From NCBI GenBank assembly GCA_027317865.1, contig DAHVQG010000007.1, forward strand, positions 14,300 through 78,299: 64,000 bases of DNA, written 5' to 3'. The notes under the pieces were generated by a model. That model saw only the letters and a list, made by a program, of their open reading frames with translations. It was not told the DNA's origin and searched no databases. The position numbers were made by a program, and so were the translations under genes. Of this stretch, positions 44,056 through 54,949 are shown in pieces; within the stretch, counting starts at the first letter, position 1; every line of letters starts with the position of its first letter. Source of the stretch: Bdellovibrionales bacterium (GTDB lineage Bacteria > Bdellovibrionota > Bdellovibrionia > Bdellovibrionales > UBA1609).

Positions 44056-46287
44056 ATGAAGACGGGTGAGAAGGATCAAAACGGTAGAGGTCGGTACAAC
44101 AAGAGCCAGCACAATTCGCTTCTAAGAGGACTGGCGTACGCAGCAATCGTCGTTAGTTCAACTGCGGGTATAAGCGCAAATGTTCAAGCTGGAACAGTCT
44201 TAAAATTGCGCGCTGGCCAGTACAACATGAACCAACTGGCGATTAACCCGTATGTCACGACGCTCATGTCTGTAAAAAACGAAAAACCTCTGCATTACAT
44301 CTTGCAATTTAAGCGGCCGTTGACGGTCGAAGAAAAATCGCAAATAACTGCGCGCGGAATTCAATTTCTCCGTTATATACCCGAAGACGCCTACATAGTG
44401 CGGGCGAAAAACTCAACCCTCGCGAATCTCCAACAGGCCAATTCTATTGTGCAAGGTTACACATATTACCAAGCAGCTTTTAAACTGAGTCCGCAACTTG
44501 AAAAATACGCGGCTCAAGATGCCAGTCGACCGGCGCTTGTCAATGTGTACACGCTTGATTCACAAAACAAGGTTGAAACTAAACTGAAAGCATTGGGCGC
44601 AAAAGTTGTTCAAAGCGGCCCGGGGGTCGTAACGGTTAAAGTAACCGGCTCACAGGTTGGCAATTTGGCAAAGATCGACAGCGTCGAATGGGTTGAAAAG
44701 GCACCAAAAATCGGCCTATTGGACTTTGCTCCTGACGGGACCACGCTTCCACCGTCAACTGAAGGCCACCTTTCGCAACTGACCGGATATGAAACGGGCA
44801 CGAAAGTTATGAACTTTGATGCCGCTTGGAATGCGGGGCTCAAGGGGCAGGGGCAATTAGTGACTGTTGGTGATACGGGCCTTGATACAGGTAACCTTGC
44901 CACATTATCTCCTGATTTTAGCTCAGTTCTGTATAACGCCATTATTTTTGGAATTGGTTCCAGTACCTGGGGCGATCCGATGGGGCACGGCACACACGTG
45001 TCCGGATCGATTGTTGGCCAAGGCGTTTTATCAAACGGCCTTGTTCACGGTGGCGCGCCCGGAGCGCAACTTCTAATGGAAAGTTTGTGGTCGCAACAAT
45101 ATAAAACGCTCACAACCCCAGATAATTTAGCGACGTTGTTCCAAGATGCATACAATGACGGTTCGCGCGTGCATTCAGATTCATGGGGATCGGTCAACGT
45201 GCCCAGCGGAGTTTATGACGCGCAGGCGGCAACATTTGACCAATTCATTTGGCAACATCCAAGTATGGTGATTTTAGTCGCTGCTGGTAACGACGGTGTC
45301 GACGCCAATGGCAACGGCCGTGTCGATGCCGATTCGGTGAAATCACCTGGTACGGCCAAAAATATCATTTCGGTTGGCGCATCAAAAAATTATGACCCGA
45401 ATGAAGGGTTACAGATGCAGGTTGGCGATGCGTGTTTTGTAAATCCAAAAACGGGCAAGTGCTTTGTTGATCCGAAAACGGGCCAAGTCATTCACCAATG
45501 GCCTGTTGGTCCGTTAGCGAGCTCATACTTTTCGGACAATCCGGATGGATTGGCGCCGTTCTCGTCGCGCGGCCCGACTGCAGACGGACGCATAAAGCCT
45601 GATATTGTTGCGCCAGGTACCAACATTCTTTCAGATTGCTCCCAATACCCTGGAGCGAGCACCTTGTGGGGCCGGTTCAACCAGAACTACTGCTGGTCAG
45701 GTGGCACATCCATGGCTACCCCATTAACTGCAGCAGCAGTGGTTTTGATTCGCCAGTATCTTCAACAGTCGGGAGCGCCATCTCCATCAGCCGCTCTTGT
45801 AAAAGCTATTCTTTTGCATACCGCCTACGATATGTACCCAGGCGAATTTGGTGCGATCGGAGCTAAAAATGGACAAGAAATCCTGACTCCAGCACCTAAT
45901 GGCGATGAAGGCTTCGGCCGCGTTGATTTGGCCAATGTCATTAATGAGAACATTGAGTTTGTTGATGAAAAAACGGGTGTCGGAACAGGTCAAGTGATGC
46001 GTTACAGTGCGCCGGCAACAACTCGTAAGGTGACGTTGGTTTACACGGATTATCCTGGTTCGCCGACGGCCGCAACGGCGTTGGTTAACCACCTCGGTCT
46101 TGAAGTTGTGGTGGGCAATCAGGTTTTTCGCACCCACGATAAAGTTGATAACGCTAAGCAGATTGTCATACCTGAGTCAGTTGTTGCATCAGCGCATGGG
46201 GATGATGAAATTGTCGTGACGGGCACGAACGTTCCGATGGGCAACAGTTACGGCAAGCAGCCTTTTGCACTAGTGTTTTCAAATTAG
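44056..46287 (+). CDS. secreted subtilisin-like serine protease (peptidase S8) with N-terminal propeptide-like and C-terminal beta domains
   Basis: A G-rich SD precedes ATG 44056. The catalytic residues are Asp in VTVGDTGLDTG, His in HGTHVSGSIVG, Asn in AAGNDG and Ser in SGGTSMATPLTAAAV. Confidence 0.9.
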   Translation: MKTGEKDQNGRGRYNKSQHNSLLRGLAYAAIVVSSTAGISANVQAGTVLKLRAGQYNMNQLAINPYVTTLMSVKNEKPLHYILQFKRPLTVEEKSQITARGIQFLRYIPEDAYIVRAKNSTLANLQQANSIVQGYTYYQAAFKLSPQLEKYAAQDASRPALVNVYTLDSQNKVETKLKALGAKVVQSGPGVVTVKVTGSQVGNLAKIDSVEWVEKAPKIGLLDFAPDGTTLPPSTEGHLSQLTGYETGTKVMNFDAAWNAGLKGQGQLVTVGDTGLDTGNLATLSPDFSSVLYNAIIFGIGSSTWGDPMGHGTHVSGSIVGQGVLSNGLVHGGAPGAQLLMESLWSQQYKTLTTPDNLATLFQDAYNDGSRVHSDSWGSVNVPSGVYDAQAATFDQFIWQHPSMVILVAAGNDGVDANGNGRVDADSVKSPGTAKNIISVGASKNYDPNEGLQMQVGDACFVNPKTGKCFVDPKTGQVIHQWPVGPLASSYFSDNPDGLAPFSSRGPTADGRIKPDIVAPGTNILSDCSQYPGASTLWGRFNQNYCWSGGTSMATPLTAAAVVLIRQYLQQSGAPSPSAALVKAILLHTAYDMYPGEFGAIGAKNGQEILTPAPNGDEGFGRVDLANVINENIEFVDEKTGVGTGQVMRYSAPATTRKVTLVYTDYPGSPTAATALVNHLGLEVVVGNQVFRTHDKVDNAKQIVIPESVVASAHGDDEIVVTGTNVPMGNSYGKQPFALVFSN

Positions 46288-46339
46288 GCTGTGTTGGAAA
46301 TTTTTTACTATCGAAATGTGTGAAAACAGCGAAAATATT

Positions 46340-46368
46340 TCAGGCGAGCGACAAATCGTGTCGCCTGA
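46340..46368 (+). terminator. hairpin downstream of the S8 protease gene
   Basis: TCAGGCGA-gcgacaaatcgtg-TCGCCTGA forms an 8-bp stem followed by AAATT. The T-tract is weak. Confidence 0.35.
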
Positions 46369-46370
46369 AA

Positions 46371-46399
46371 TTGATAAGTCGTGTCAAAAATGGTAAATA
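46371..46399 (+). promoter_or_regulatory. sigma70-like promoter candidate for carD
   Basis: TTGATA, a 17-nt spacer, then TAAATA. The element ends 28 nt upstream of ATG 46427. Confidence 0.4.
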
Positions 46400-46426
46400 A
46401 GCTCCAACAGTTACTAGGAAGGGTGA

Positions 46427-46918
46427 ATGGCTCAATTCAATATCGGGGACAATGCCGTATATGCGGGGAGCGGTGTCGGCCGAATTATAGCGATCGAAAC
46501 GAAGGAGCTTTGTGGAATTAAGCAAACCTTCTATCGCTTTCAGCTTTTCAATAGCAATGTGTCGGCCCTGGTGCCCGTAAACAGCTCAGAATCGAAATTG
46601 CGCCCGATTATTTCAAAAGATGAGGCGAACCGGGTTGTTTCGATTGTCCGCCGCAAAGACATAAAAATAGACAAACAAACTTGGAATCGTCGGTATCGCG
46701 AGTACATGGAGAAAATTAAAACGGGCTCGGTGTACGAAATTGCCGAAGTCTTCCGCGACCTATATCTATTGCGAGGCGAAAAAGAATTAAGCCATGGCGA
46801 AAAAAAGATGCTTGAGCTGGCGCGTGGCTACTTGTTTCGCGAACTTCAGTTGTCTATTGGTGAAGCGAATATGAAAACTGAAGAGGATATGGTCCGCTAC
46901 ATTGAATCCGCCGAATAA
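46427..46918 (+). CDS. carD: CarD/CdnL-family RNA polymerase-binding transcription factor
   Basis: SD AGGAAGGG precedes the start. The N-terminus F.IGD..VY...GVG.I..IE.KE..G....FY....... is the CarD_CdnL_TRCF domain pattern. Confidence 0.88.
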   Translation: MAQFNIGDNAVYAGSGVGRIIAIETKELCGIKQTFYRFQLFNSNVSALVPVNSSESKLRPIISKDEANRVVSIVRRKDIKIDKQTWNRRYREYMEKIKTGSVYEIAEVFRDLYLLRGEKELSHGEKKMLELARGYLFRELQLSIGEANMKTEEDMVRYIESAE

Positions 46919-48425
46919 ATCTCAATTAAAAATTCGAACAAGGTTTGCGCCGAGTCCGACCGGTTATTTACATGTTGGGGGCGCGCGAACGGCGCTTTAT
47001 TGTTATCTATTTGCCCGCCAGAATGCCGGCGAATTCGTATTACGAGTTGAAGATACCGATGAACAGCGCTCGACCGAAGATTCGATGCGCCAACAGCTTT
47101 CAGATTTGAAATGGCTGGGATACGCCTATCAAGAAGGCGTTGATGCCGACACGCTTAATGATCGTGGCCCGTACGGACCGTACAGGCAAAGTCAAAGGCT
47201 CGCGATTTATCGCGAGTACGCCGATCGGCTTCTCAAAGAAGGCAAAGCGTATTATTGCTTTTTAAGTGACGAAGAAATTGCCGAGCAGCGTGCGCAAGCT
47301 GAGCGCGCTGGTCGCCCACATCAAGTGGTAAGCCCATATCGAAATTGGTCTCTTAAAGATGCTGAAAAGAAAATTGCGGATGGGGGCGTATCACCTACAG
47401 TAAGGTTTCGTGTTTCGGATCTCAATCGCGAGTACAAATTTCGCGATTTAGTGCGGGGTGATGTCACATTCCCGTCGGATATGGTAGGCGATTTTGTCCT
47501 TTTGCGTTCGGGCGGTATGCCAGTTTACAATTTTTGCTGTGTTATCGACGACGCCTTGATGAAGATCTCACATGTTTTACGAGCTGAAGAACATCTTTCA
47601 AATACGCTGCGGCAACTTATGTTGTACGAGGCGCTTGATTTTGAACCACCGCAGTTCGGTCATCTCTCCATTATTTTAGGACCCGATCGGCAAAAGCTTT
47701 CAAAGCGCCACGGTGCCACGAGCGTTCATGAATACCGTGAGCGGGGCTATTTGCCTGAGGCGCTCAGCAATTTCATTGCACTTCTTGGCTGGAGCTCGCC
47801 AAAAGGGCAAGAAATTCTATCGATGTCCGAGCTAATCGAACAATTTTCACTTGATCGATTGCATCCCGCGGCCGCCGTTTTCGATGAAGCTAAGCTCAAA
47901 TGGGTGAATGCCCAACATTTGCGGGCGCTGCCGCACAGTGAATTGTGGAATTTAATTGAACCGTTTCTCACTAGGGCCGGGCTGCAAATGCCTGAGGATG
48001 CAAATTGGCGCGAACGTTCACTTCAGCTATTTAAAACATCGATGGAAGTCTTGTCAGATGCCGTTGAACTCTACCGGCCTCTGTCGATAAGTGGGGCAAA
48101 TGGCGGATTCACAGTTCACGATGAAGCGCGCGAAACGCTCAGCTGGCCATCGACCGTCAAGGTTGTCGAGGAGTGGCGTAAACAACTTGAAACAGCTGCG
48201 TCGAAAAGTACAAGCGCCTATTTATCAGAAGAGGAATTTGCGACAATTCAAAATAATGTGAAATCAAATTGTGCCGTTAAGGGCAAAGAACTTTTTATGC
48301 CCATTCGTGTGGCGGTTCTAGGTAAGCCCCACGGAGCCGAGTTGAAAATTTTGGTACCGCTCATTGAGAAATCGATTTTAATAGAGCGTGCGAAAATCGT
48401 GCTCGATCATATTCTTCGCGGTTAA
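46902..48425 (+). CDS. gltX: glutamate--tRNA ligase
   Basis: The motifs are RTRFAPSPTGYLHVGGARTALY (HIGH region) and KLSKRHG (KMSKS). The TTG start overlaps the carD 3' end by 17 nt. Confidence 0.93.
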   Translation: MNPPNKSQLKIRTRFAPSPTGYLHVGGARTALYCYLFARQNAGEFVLRVEDTDEQRSTEDSMRQQLSDLKWLGYAYQEGVDADTLNDRGPYGPYRQSQRLAIYREYADRLLKEGKAYYCFLSDEEIAEQRAQAERAGRPHQVVSPYRNWSLKDAEKKIADGGVSPTVRFRVSDLNREYKFRDLVRGDVTFPSDMVGDFVLLRSGGMPVYNFCCVIDDALMKISHVLRAEEHLSNTLRQLMLYEALDFEPPQFGHLSIILGPDRQKLSKRHGATSVHEYRERGYLPEALSNFIALLGWSSPKGQEILSMSELIEQFSLDRLHPAAAVFDEAKLKWVNAQHLRALPHSELWNLIEPFLTRAGLQMPEDANWRERSLQLFKTSMEVLSDAVELYRPLSISGANGGFTVHDEARETLSWPSTVKVVEEWRKQLETAASKSTSAYLSEEEFATIQNNVKSNCAVKGKELFMPIRVAVLGKPHGAELKILVPLIEKSILIERAKIVLDHILRG

Positions 48426-48455
48426 GGCGTTTAAAATGGGCGCGAGGAATTGAAA

Positions 48456-49922
48456 ATGAGCTTACAAATCTACAACACAATGACGCGAAAAAAAGAAGTG
48501 TTTACGCCACTTGAGCCGGGCCACGTGAAAATGTACGTGTGCGGGCCGACTGTTTATGATTTTTTGCATATCGGGAATTTTTTTGGCGCAATCTTTTTTA
48601 ATCTTGTACGTAATTGGCTTGAACGGTCCGGGTATAAGGTCGATTTTGTTTATAATTACACGGATGTTGATGACAAGATCATCAATCGCGCACGTAAGGA
48701 CGGGCGGCCGGCCAGCGAAATTGCAGAAACTTATATTACTGAATTTGAAAAAGATTATCGAGCATTGGGGTTAAAAAAGCACACGCACAACCCGCGTGTC
48801 ACCCAGTACATCCCGCAAATAATCGCTTTTATTGAAGATCTCATTCGACGGGGCAAAGCATACGCGGTGGATGGCGATGTATACTTTGCGGTTACGAGTT
48901 TTGACGGATACGGTAAGCTTTCAAATAAAAAATTGGATGAACTGATGACCGGCGTGCGTGTCGATATTAACGAGCACAAGCATCATGCGGCCGATTTTGC
49001 ACTTTGGAAGTCCGCAAAACCAGGTGAGCCGGCGTGGCCCTCGCCGTGGGGAGCGGGACGCCCGGGCTGGCATATTGAGTGTTCGTGTATGGCATCGGCT
49101 CTTTTGGGTGAAACGATTGACATTCACGGCGGCGGGTTGGATCTCATTTTTCCGCACCACGAGAATGAAATTGCACAAAGCGAAGGGCGTACCGGCCATA
49201 CCTTTGCGCGCTACTGGATGCACAACAATATGCTCGTGTTTTCAAATCAAAAAATGTCGAAATCTCTGGGTAATGTGCGAACCGGCCGATCGTTTATGGA
49301 GGAGTATAATCCTGAAATTTTAAAATTCATGATTCTATCATCTCATTATCGCAGTCACGTCGATTTTTCGCCATCGCAAATCGAAAATGCCATCTCGGGT
49401 CTTGCGCGATTTTATTCAAGTCTTGCCTTGGCCGATAAACTGAGACAATCAAAATTGCCGCTTGTGCCACTGCCGCATAAATTTGAACAGGCGATAGCTA
49501 ATGCTGATCAAAAAGTGACCGAAGCGCTCAATGACGATTTTAACACTCCGGAGGCAATGGCGGCATTTTACGAACTGATGCATATTTTCAATTCGTTGTG
49601 CCGAACGCCGGGTAAAGTAAAACCGGAGCAAGTGGCGGTCGCTGAGGTTTATTATTCGTGGCTACGCAAACAAGGCGAGTTGATGGCGCTTTTTCAAGAA
49701 GAACCGCACACATTTTTACGATCTTTGGACGACATGATTTTAAATAGAAAAAAACTCGATCGCGCTCAAATTGAAGTTTTGGTAGCCGAACGCGCAAAAG
49801 CCCGCCAAGAAAAAAACTACGCGCGTTCAGATGAATTGCGTCTTGAGCTCACACGAATGGGCGTTTTGGTACAAGACTCAGCCGAAGGTTCGGTTTGGGA
49901 AGTCGACAAATCACAATTGTGA
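48456..49922 (+). CDS. cysS: cysteine--tRNA ligase
   Basis: GAGGAA lies 6 nt before ATG 48456. The motifs are MYVCGPTVYD..HIGN, WPSPWG.GRPGWHIECS, HGGG.DL.FPHHENEIAQ and KMSKSLGN. Confidence 0.94.
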   Translation: MSLQIYNTMTRKKEVFTPLEPGHVKMYVCGPTVYDFLHIGNFFGAIFFNLVRNWLERSGYKVDFVYNYTDVDDKIINRARKDGRPASEIAETYITEFEKDYRALGLKKHTHNPRVTQYIPQIIAFIEDLIRRGKAYAVDGDVYFAVTSFDGYGKLSNKKLDELMTGVRVDINEHKHHAADFALWKSAKPGEPAWPSPWGAGRPGWHIECSCMASALLGETIDIHGGGLDLIFPHHENEIAQSEGRTGHTFARYWMHNNMLVFSNQKMSKSLGNVRTGRSFMEEYNPEILKFMILSSHYRSHVDFSPSQIENAISGLARFYSSLALADKLRQSKLPLVPLPHKFEQAIANADQKVTEALNDDFNTPEAMAAFYELMHIFNSLCRTPGKVKPEQVAVAEVYYSWLRKQGELMALFQEEPHTFLRSLDDMILNRKKLDRAQIEVLVAERAKARQEKNYARSDELRLELTRMGVLVQDSAEGSVWEVDKSQL

Positions 49923-49963
49923 TATGATGCTGCTGTGACTAATAATGCACGCGGCGAGCGCAC

Positions 49964-52042
49964 ATGAAACAAAAAAAGAAATTTAAGCTGGTGAGTGATT
50001 ATGCTCCCACCGGCGATCAGCCGAATGCGATAAAGCAAATCCTCGAGCATATCGGGCAAGGAATCGATCATCAGACTCTTTTGGGCGTCACCGGTTCGGG
50101 CAAAACCTTTACAATGGCAAACGTGATCGAGCAATTGGGTTTGCCAACATTGGTGCTGGCGCCGAATAAAACTTTAGCCGCGCAACTTTTTGTTGAGCTG
50201 AAGGAGTTCTTTCCGGCAAATGCGGTGGAATATTTTGTTTCTTATTACGACTATTATCAACCTGAAGCGTACATTCCGTCGACCAACACGTTCATCGAAA
50301 AAGATTCGGCAATCAACGAGCAAATCGATCTTATGCGCCACTCGGCGACGCGCTCGCTTTTTTCTCGAGAAGACGTTGTGATCGTAAGTTCCGTGTCGTG
50401 CATTTACGGCATAGGCAGCGCTGAAGAGTATGAGACGATGACGATTCGCTTGAAGGTCAATGCGAAGATGAGGCGCGACGATTTCTTGCGCGAGCTAGTG
50501 AAAATTCAATATCGCCGAAAAGACATCGATTTTCATCGGGGAGCGTTTCGCGTGCGCGGAGATGTGGTCGAAGTGCATCCGGCCTACGAAGAAGATCGCG
50601 TAATTCGCGTGGAGTTCTTTGGCGACTTTATTGATAAGCTTTCGTGGGTCGATCCGCTTAAGGGCGAAAAAATTGAAAGCTTGAACGACATTGAGATTTT
50701 TCCGGGCAGTCACTATGTGACGTCGGCACAGCGAATAAAGACCGCGATTGAAACAATTCGCGATGAACTGCGCGAGCGCATCCAATATTATCGCGAACAG
50801 ATGATGCCGGTCGAAGCCGAGCGCATCGAACAGCGCACGCTTCTTGATCTCGAAATGCTTGCCGAGATGGGTTTTTGCTCGGGTATCGAGAATTATTCGC
50901 GGCACCTGACCGGTCGAGCGCCGGGTGAGCCGCCACCGACGCTTATTGAATATTTTCCGCGCGATTTTTTGACGATTATTGACGAAAGCCACGTTACCGT
51001 ACCGCAAATCGGTGGCATGTTTCGCGGTGATCGCGCCAGAAAACAAACGCTTGTTCAGTATGGATTTCGTTTACCCTCGGCCCTTGATAATCGCCCGCTT
51101 AATTTTCAAGAATTTGAAAAAATGATGAATAAAGTCGTTTATGTATCGGCGACACCCGGCGAGTACGAACTGAAAAAAAGCGGCGGTCTTCTTGTGGAGC
51201 AAATTATCAGACCGACCGGGTTGCTCGATCCGATTGTTGAAGTAAGGCCCGTTGCCTATCAAGTTGACGATTTATTAAAGGAGATCCGCGATCGCGCGAA
51301 AAAGAAAGAGCGGGTTCTTATCACAACGCTGACGAAACGGTCTGCTGAAGATCTTAGCGAATATTACGAGTCGTTGGGCGTGAAGGTAAAGTATCTGCAC
51401 TCGGACATTGACACTCTCGAGCGGACTGAAATTTTGCGCGATCTGCGACTGGGTATTTTTGACGTCTTGATCGGCATCAACCTTTTGCGCGAAGGCCTTG
51501 ATTTGCCTGAGGTGAGCCTAGTCGCGATTACCGACGCCGATAAAGAAGGTTTTCTGCGCTCCGAACGTTCGCTAATTCAAACAATTGGGCGCGCGGCAAG
51601 AAACGCCAATGGGCGCGTAATTTTATATGCCGATCACATCACCGACTCTATGAAACGCGCAATGGACGAGACGGCCAGGCGACGTACGATTCAGCAAAAA
51701 TATAATGAAGAGCATGGAATTACGCCCAAAACGATTCGTAAAAAAATTCAAGGTGACTTAACCGAAGTTTACGGATTTGAGCTTGTCGAAGAGAAGATCA
51801 AAGGGGCGAATAATAAAATATCGTCTCATATAGAAAAATTTAAAGGTGATGCCAAACGTGTCAACCTCGAGATCGAAAAGTTAAGAGCGAAAATGAAAAA
51901 ACTTTCGGCGAATCTCGAATTTGAAGAAGCGGCTAAAGTCAGAGATGAGATCAAGCGGCTGGAGCTAATTGAGCTTGGACTTCGCGACGGAGAGGTCGAC
52001 CATCTAATGGCGGCGGTAGTGGGCAAGGGCCAGGTTGAATAA
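49964..52042 (+). CDS. uvrB: excinuclease ABC subunit B
   Basis: The motifs are [43 protein letters not shown] and the C-terminal UVR domain [13 protein letters not shown]. Confidence 0.95.
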   Translation: MKQKKKFKLVSDYAPTGDQPNAIKQILEHIGQGIDHQTLLGVTGSGKTFTMANVIEQLGLPTLVLAPNKTLAAQLFVELKEFFPANAVEYFVSYYDYYQPEAYIPSTNTFIEKDSAINEQIDLMRHSATRSLFSREDVVIVSSVSCIYGIGSAEEYETMTIRLKVNAKMRRDDFLRELVKIQYRRKDIDFHRGAFRVRGDVVEVHPAYEEDRVIRVEFFGDFIDKLSWVDPLKGEKIESLNDIEIFPGSHYVTSAQRIKTAIETIRDELRERIQYYREQMMPVEAERIEQRTLLDLEMLAEMGFCSGIENYSRHLTGRAPGEPPPTLIEYFPRDFLTIIDESHVTVPQIGGMFRGDRARKQTLVQYGFRLPSALDNRPLNFQEFEKMMNKVVYVSATPGEYELKKSGGLLVEQIIRPTGLLDPIVEVRPVAYQVDDLLKEIRDRAKKKERVLITTLTKRSAEDLSEYYESLGVKVKYLHSDIDTLERTEILRDLRLGIFDVLIGINLLREGLDLPEVSLVAITDADKEGFLRSERSLIQTIGRAARNANGRVILYADHITDSMKRAMDETARRRTIQQKYNEEHGITPKTIRKKIQGDLTEVYGFELVEEKIKGANNKISSHIEKFKGDAKRVNLEIEKLRAKMKKLSANLEFEEAAKVRDEIKRLELIELGLRDGEVDHLMAAVVGKGQVE

Positions 52043-52351
52043 AATGAAAATTCCAAGCGCCATGGCCAAAGACCCTTGAACGAGAAAGTCTCGGTCACCT
52101 CCGTATGCATATTCAAGAAGCCATGCTGCGTAGGCGGTGATACCGACACCGGTTACTAAAATCATAGATTTTTTAATTACTTTGGTTTTAAGCCCCAAGA
52201 TTATCGGGTACTGATCGATTATAAGCCAAAATGCGACCGCAAGAGGTAAGGCGCAAAGACTTATGCTCCATAGAACGCTGTGTTTCGCAACAAAGAGGCA
52301 ACAGAATAGAACAGCTGAACCGGAATAAATTAAAATACGTTTTGTTTTCAT
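52004..52351 (-). CDS. possible small 4-TM membrane protein
   Basis: The ORF is 115 aa with four hydrophobic segments. It converges on uvrB and overlaps its 3' end by 39 nt. The SD is poor and I recognise no homology. Confidence 0.45.
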   Translation of the reverse strand: MKTKRILIYSGSAVLFCCLFVAKHSVLWSISLCALPLAVAFWLIIDQYPIILGLKTKVIKKSMILVTGVGITAYAAWLLEYAYGGDRDFLVQGSLAMALGIFILFNLALAHYRRH

Positions 52352-52606
52352 CCTTGAGATCCTCTACTTTTGAACCAATTAGATGCGCATTTCCTTCTGC
52401 GCATGAAATCAAACTTATTTAACTAGATCTTCTAACTATGCAAGTTTGCAACCGGCGGGCCAAACAGGACCGGTACAGATTCGAGAAAAGTTAGTAGAAA
52501 TTGTCAATAACTTGGACAGTCGATAAGGACTATATGAGTATGGATTTGGCGCCATGTTTTGCCACATTTTACGCGAGAAAGGTACTGCTGACATCGCCTG
52601 GACGCG

Positions 52607-54499
52607 ATGGCATACTCCCATACGATGACCACAACACGAATTGAAACCCTAAGGGCACGGGTTCGAGAACTACCGAATCATTCCGGAGTGTATTTGATGA
52701 AATCGCACTCCGAAAAAGTGATTTATGTCGGCAAAGCGAAAGATTTACGAGCGCGCGTGCGTTCGTATTTTCAAGATCAAAAGAACGTGAGCCCAAAAAC
52801 GCAATATCTTGTCGCGCAAATTGAACACATCGATTATATAATTACAAAGACAGAAGTAGAAGCTTTTTTGCTCGAAGCGTCGCTCATCAAAAAATATAAG
52901 CCACGCTACAATATTCGGCTCAAAGATGACAAAGCTTACCCGTATATTCGGGTGAGTATGCCCGATGACTATCCGCGATTTTATTTATTTCGCAAAGTCA
53001 AAGCGGATGGCGCTCTTTATTTCGGGCCCTATACATCCGGGCTTTTCGTACGTGAAACAATTCGATTTTTAAATCGCACGTTTCGTATACGCGATTGCAC
53101 TGATGGTTTTATGAGAGCGCGCACGAGACCGTGTTTGACTTATCAAATCGGCAGATGCTCCGGGCCATGCGTGAAGCTCGTCGACAAAGAAGCATATGGG
53201 TTGGATGTCGAAAATGCGCTCGACTTTCTACGCGGCCGCAACAAAAAACTAATTTTGGAGCTGAGCAAGAAAATGAAAGAGGCGGCTGCGGGTGAGAGAT
53301 TCGAAGCGGCAGCGAAACTTCGCGATAGTGTTGAGGCGATACGCGCGATTTTAGAAAAGCAAATTGTGGTGAGTCGCAAAGAGGATCTCGACCAAGACGT
53401 TATCGCATTTTTTGGCGATGAACGAGGTACTCTTATTGAGACATTGCATATTCGTGCCGGCCGAGTGATAGGCAACCGCTCACAGTTTGTCCCCAAATTG
53501 AATCCCAAATCAGATGATGAAGATCCTAAGGAGTGGATGACTTCTTTTCTGAATCAGTATTACGCCGAAAACGTGGTTCCGGACCAAATTGTTCTGCCCG
53601 TCGACTTAAGCGACGACATTTACAAACTTATGCGCGAAGTGTTTGTAAGCCGCAAACAAAAGCCGGCGCAGTTTATTCATGCGCTTGACCGAGAACAAAA
53701 GAATTTAATGGAAATGGCCGAAAAAAATGCGCAAAGCCACTTTCAGGATCACGTCAATAAACAAACGAATATCAATCGGATTCTTGAAGAAATTCAAGCG
53801 AAGTTTCATCTACGTACATTACCATTGCGTATGGAGTGTTTTGATATATCGAATTTTCAAGGTGAAGAAAACGTCGCTTCGCAAGTTGTTTTTGAAGAAG
53901 GTCAACCGAAACGCAGCGATTATAGACGGTATAAAATCCGAACGGTTGAAGGGTCGAACGATTTTGCGTCGATGAAAGAGGTTTTAGAAAGAAGATTTCG
54001 TCACACCGAATACGATGATCCACAACTTGTTGTGATTGACGGTGGCAAAGGGCAACTCGGGATGGCGCTCAAAGCGCTCAAAGAACTGGGACGCGAAGAT
54101 ATTCCGTGTGTCGGGCTTGCTAAGGCCCGCGCCGAAGGTGAATTTCACGATCAAGATGTGCGCCACTCTGAAGAGCGATTTTTCTTACCCGGGCGGTCAA
54201 ACCCGGTGATGTTTTCATCTAACAGTGAAGGGCTTAAAATTTTGGTGGCTTTGCGCGATGAGGCGCATCGCTTTGCCATCACCTACCATCGAAAATTGCG
54301 CGACGAAGCTCTTTTTCACAGCGAACTTGATGAGATTAGTGGTCTCGGAGAGACGCGAAAGACGGCGCTTCTCAAGCACTTTGGGTCAGTCGAAGCGATT
54401 GCGCTGGCTAGCTTCGACGAAATTGCTTCTATCCCAGGGATGAATAAAACGGTTGCGAAATCCGTAGTTGAAGCATTGAACAAATCACGAAGCCGATGA
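52607..54499 (+). CDS. uvrC: excinuclease ABC subunit C
   Basis: The GIY-YIG motif is GVYLMKS....IYVGKAKDLR.RV.SYF. A UVR domain is present (RFEAAAKLRD). An RNase H-like endonuclease domain and a C-terminal HhH (GLGETRKTALLKHFGS) follow. The start is ATG 52607 or 52625. Confidence 0.94.
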   Translation: MAYSHTMTTTRIETLRARVRELPNHSGVYLMKSHSEKVIYVGKAKDLRARVRSYFQDQKNVSPKTQYLVAQIEHIDYIITKTEVEAFLLEASLIKKYKPRYNIRLKDDKAYPYIRVSMPDDYPRFYLFRKVKADGALYFGPYTSGLFVRETIRFLNRTFRIRDCTDGFMRARTRPCLTYQIGRCSGPCVKLVDKEAYGLDVENALDFLRGRNKKLILELSKKMKEAAAGERFEAAAKLRDSVEAIRAILEKQIVVSRKEDLDQDVIAFFGDERGTLIETLHIRAGRVIGNRSQFVPKLNPKSDDEDPKEWMTSFLNQYYAENVVPDQIVLPVDLSDDIYKLMREVFVSRKQKPAQFIHALDREQKNLMEMAEKNAQSHFQDHVNKQTNINRILEEIQAKFHLRTLPLRMECFDISNFQGEENVASQVVFEEGQPKRSDYRRYKIRTVEGSNDFASMKEVLERRFRHTEYDDPQLVVIDGGKGQLGMALKALKELGREDIPCVGLAKARAEGEFHDQDVRHSEERFFLPGRSNPVMFSSNSEGLKILVALRDEAHRFAITYHRKLRDEALFHSELDEISGLGETRKTALLKHFGSVEAIALASFDEIASIPGMNKTVAKSVVEALNKSRSR

Positions 54500-54522
54500 T
54501 TTTGACAGTAATACAGTAATAT

Positions 54523-54777
54523 TTAATGCAGTTGATGTGTCGCTTGGCGTACGCGAATGTGGCAGCTTTCGCATGAAGCCTCTTCGCGAACCTCTTGATT
54601 TACAAAATGGGTGACATTTGTAAGTAGGAGTTCACTGCCGCAAAGTGGGCAATTGTGATGGTCATCAAGAAATGCCGCCTGCCAATCGATAGGTTCAATG
54701 GTCAAATTACCGGGCTCGGTGGTCGCGTGTTTGTGTTCAAAGATGGTTTCAGTTCTTGTCGATTTCTTTGGCTCCAT
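54523..54777 (-). CDS. small zinc-ribbon protein (hypothetical)
   Basis: Two Cys pairs are present: CPLCGSE ... CESCH. Confidence 0.5.
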   Translation of the reverse strand: MEPKKSTRTETIFEHKHATTEPGNLTIEPIDWQAAFLDDHHNCPLCGSELLLTNVTHFVNQEVREEASCESCHIRVRQATHQLH

Positions 54778-54949
54778 GCGAAGGCTCCTCTATTTTGCCC
54801 CTCACAACTGGCTCGCGACGATCAACATCGTGCGCCGGATATGGGGCGGCTTGCGTTACCCTGTGCTGAGTTCTGTTCGGCATTTCGCGTATCAACTTGA
54901 GACATTTTTAGTTGTTCCACTTCAGGAGTGGCGGTACTTTCATCTAGGT

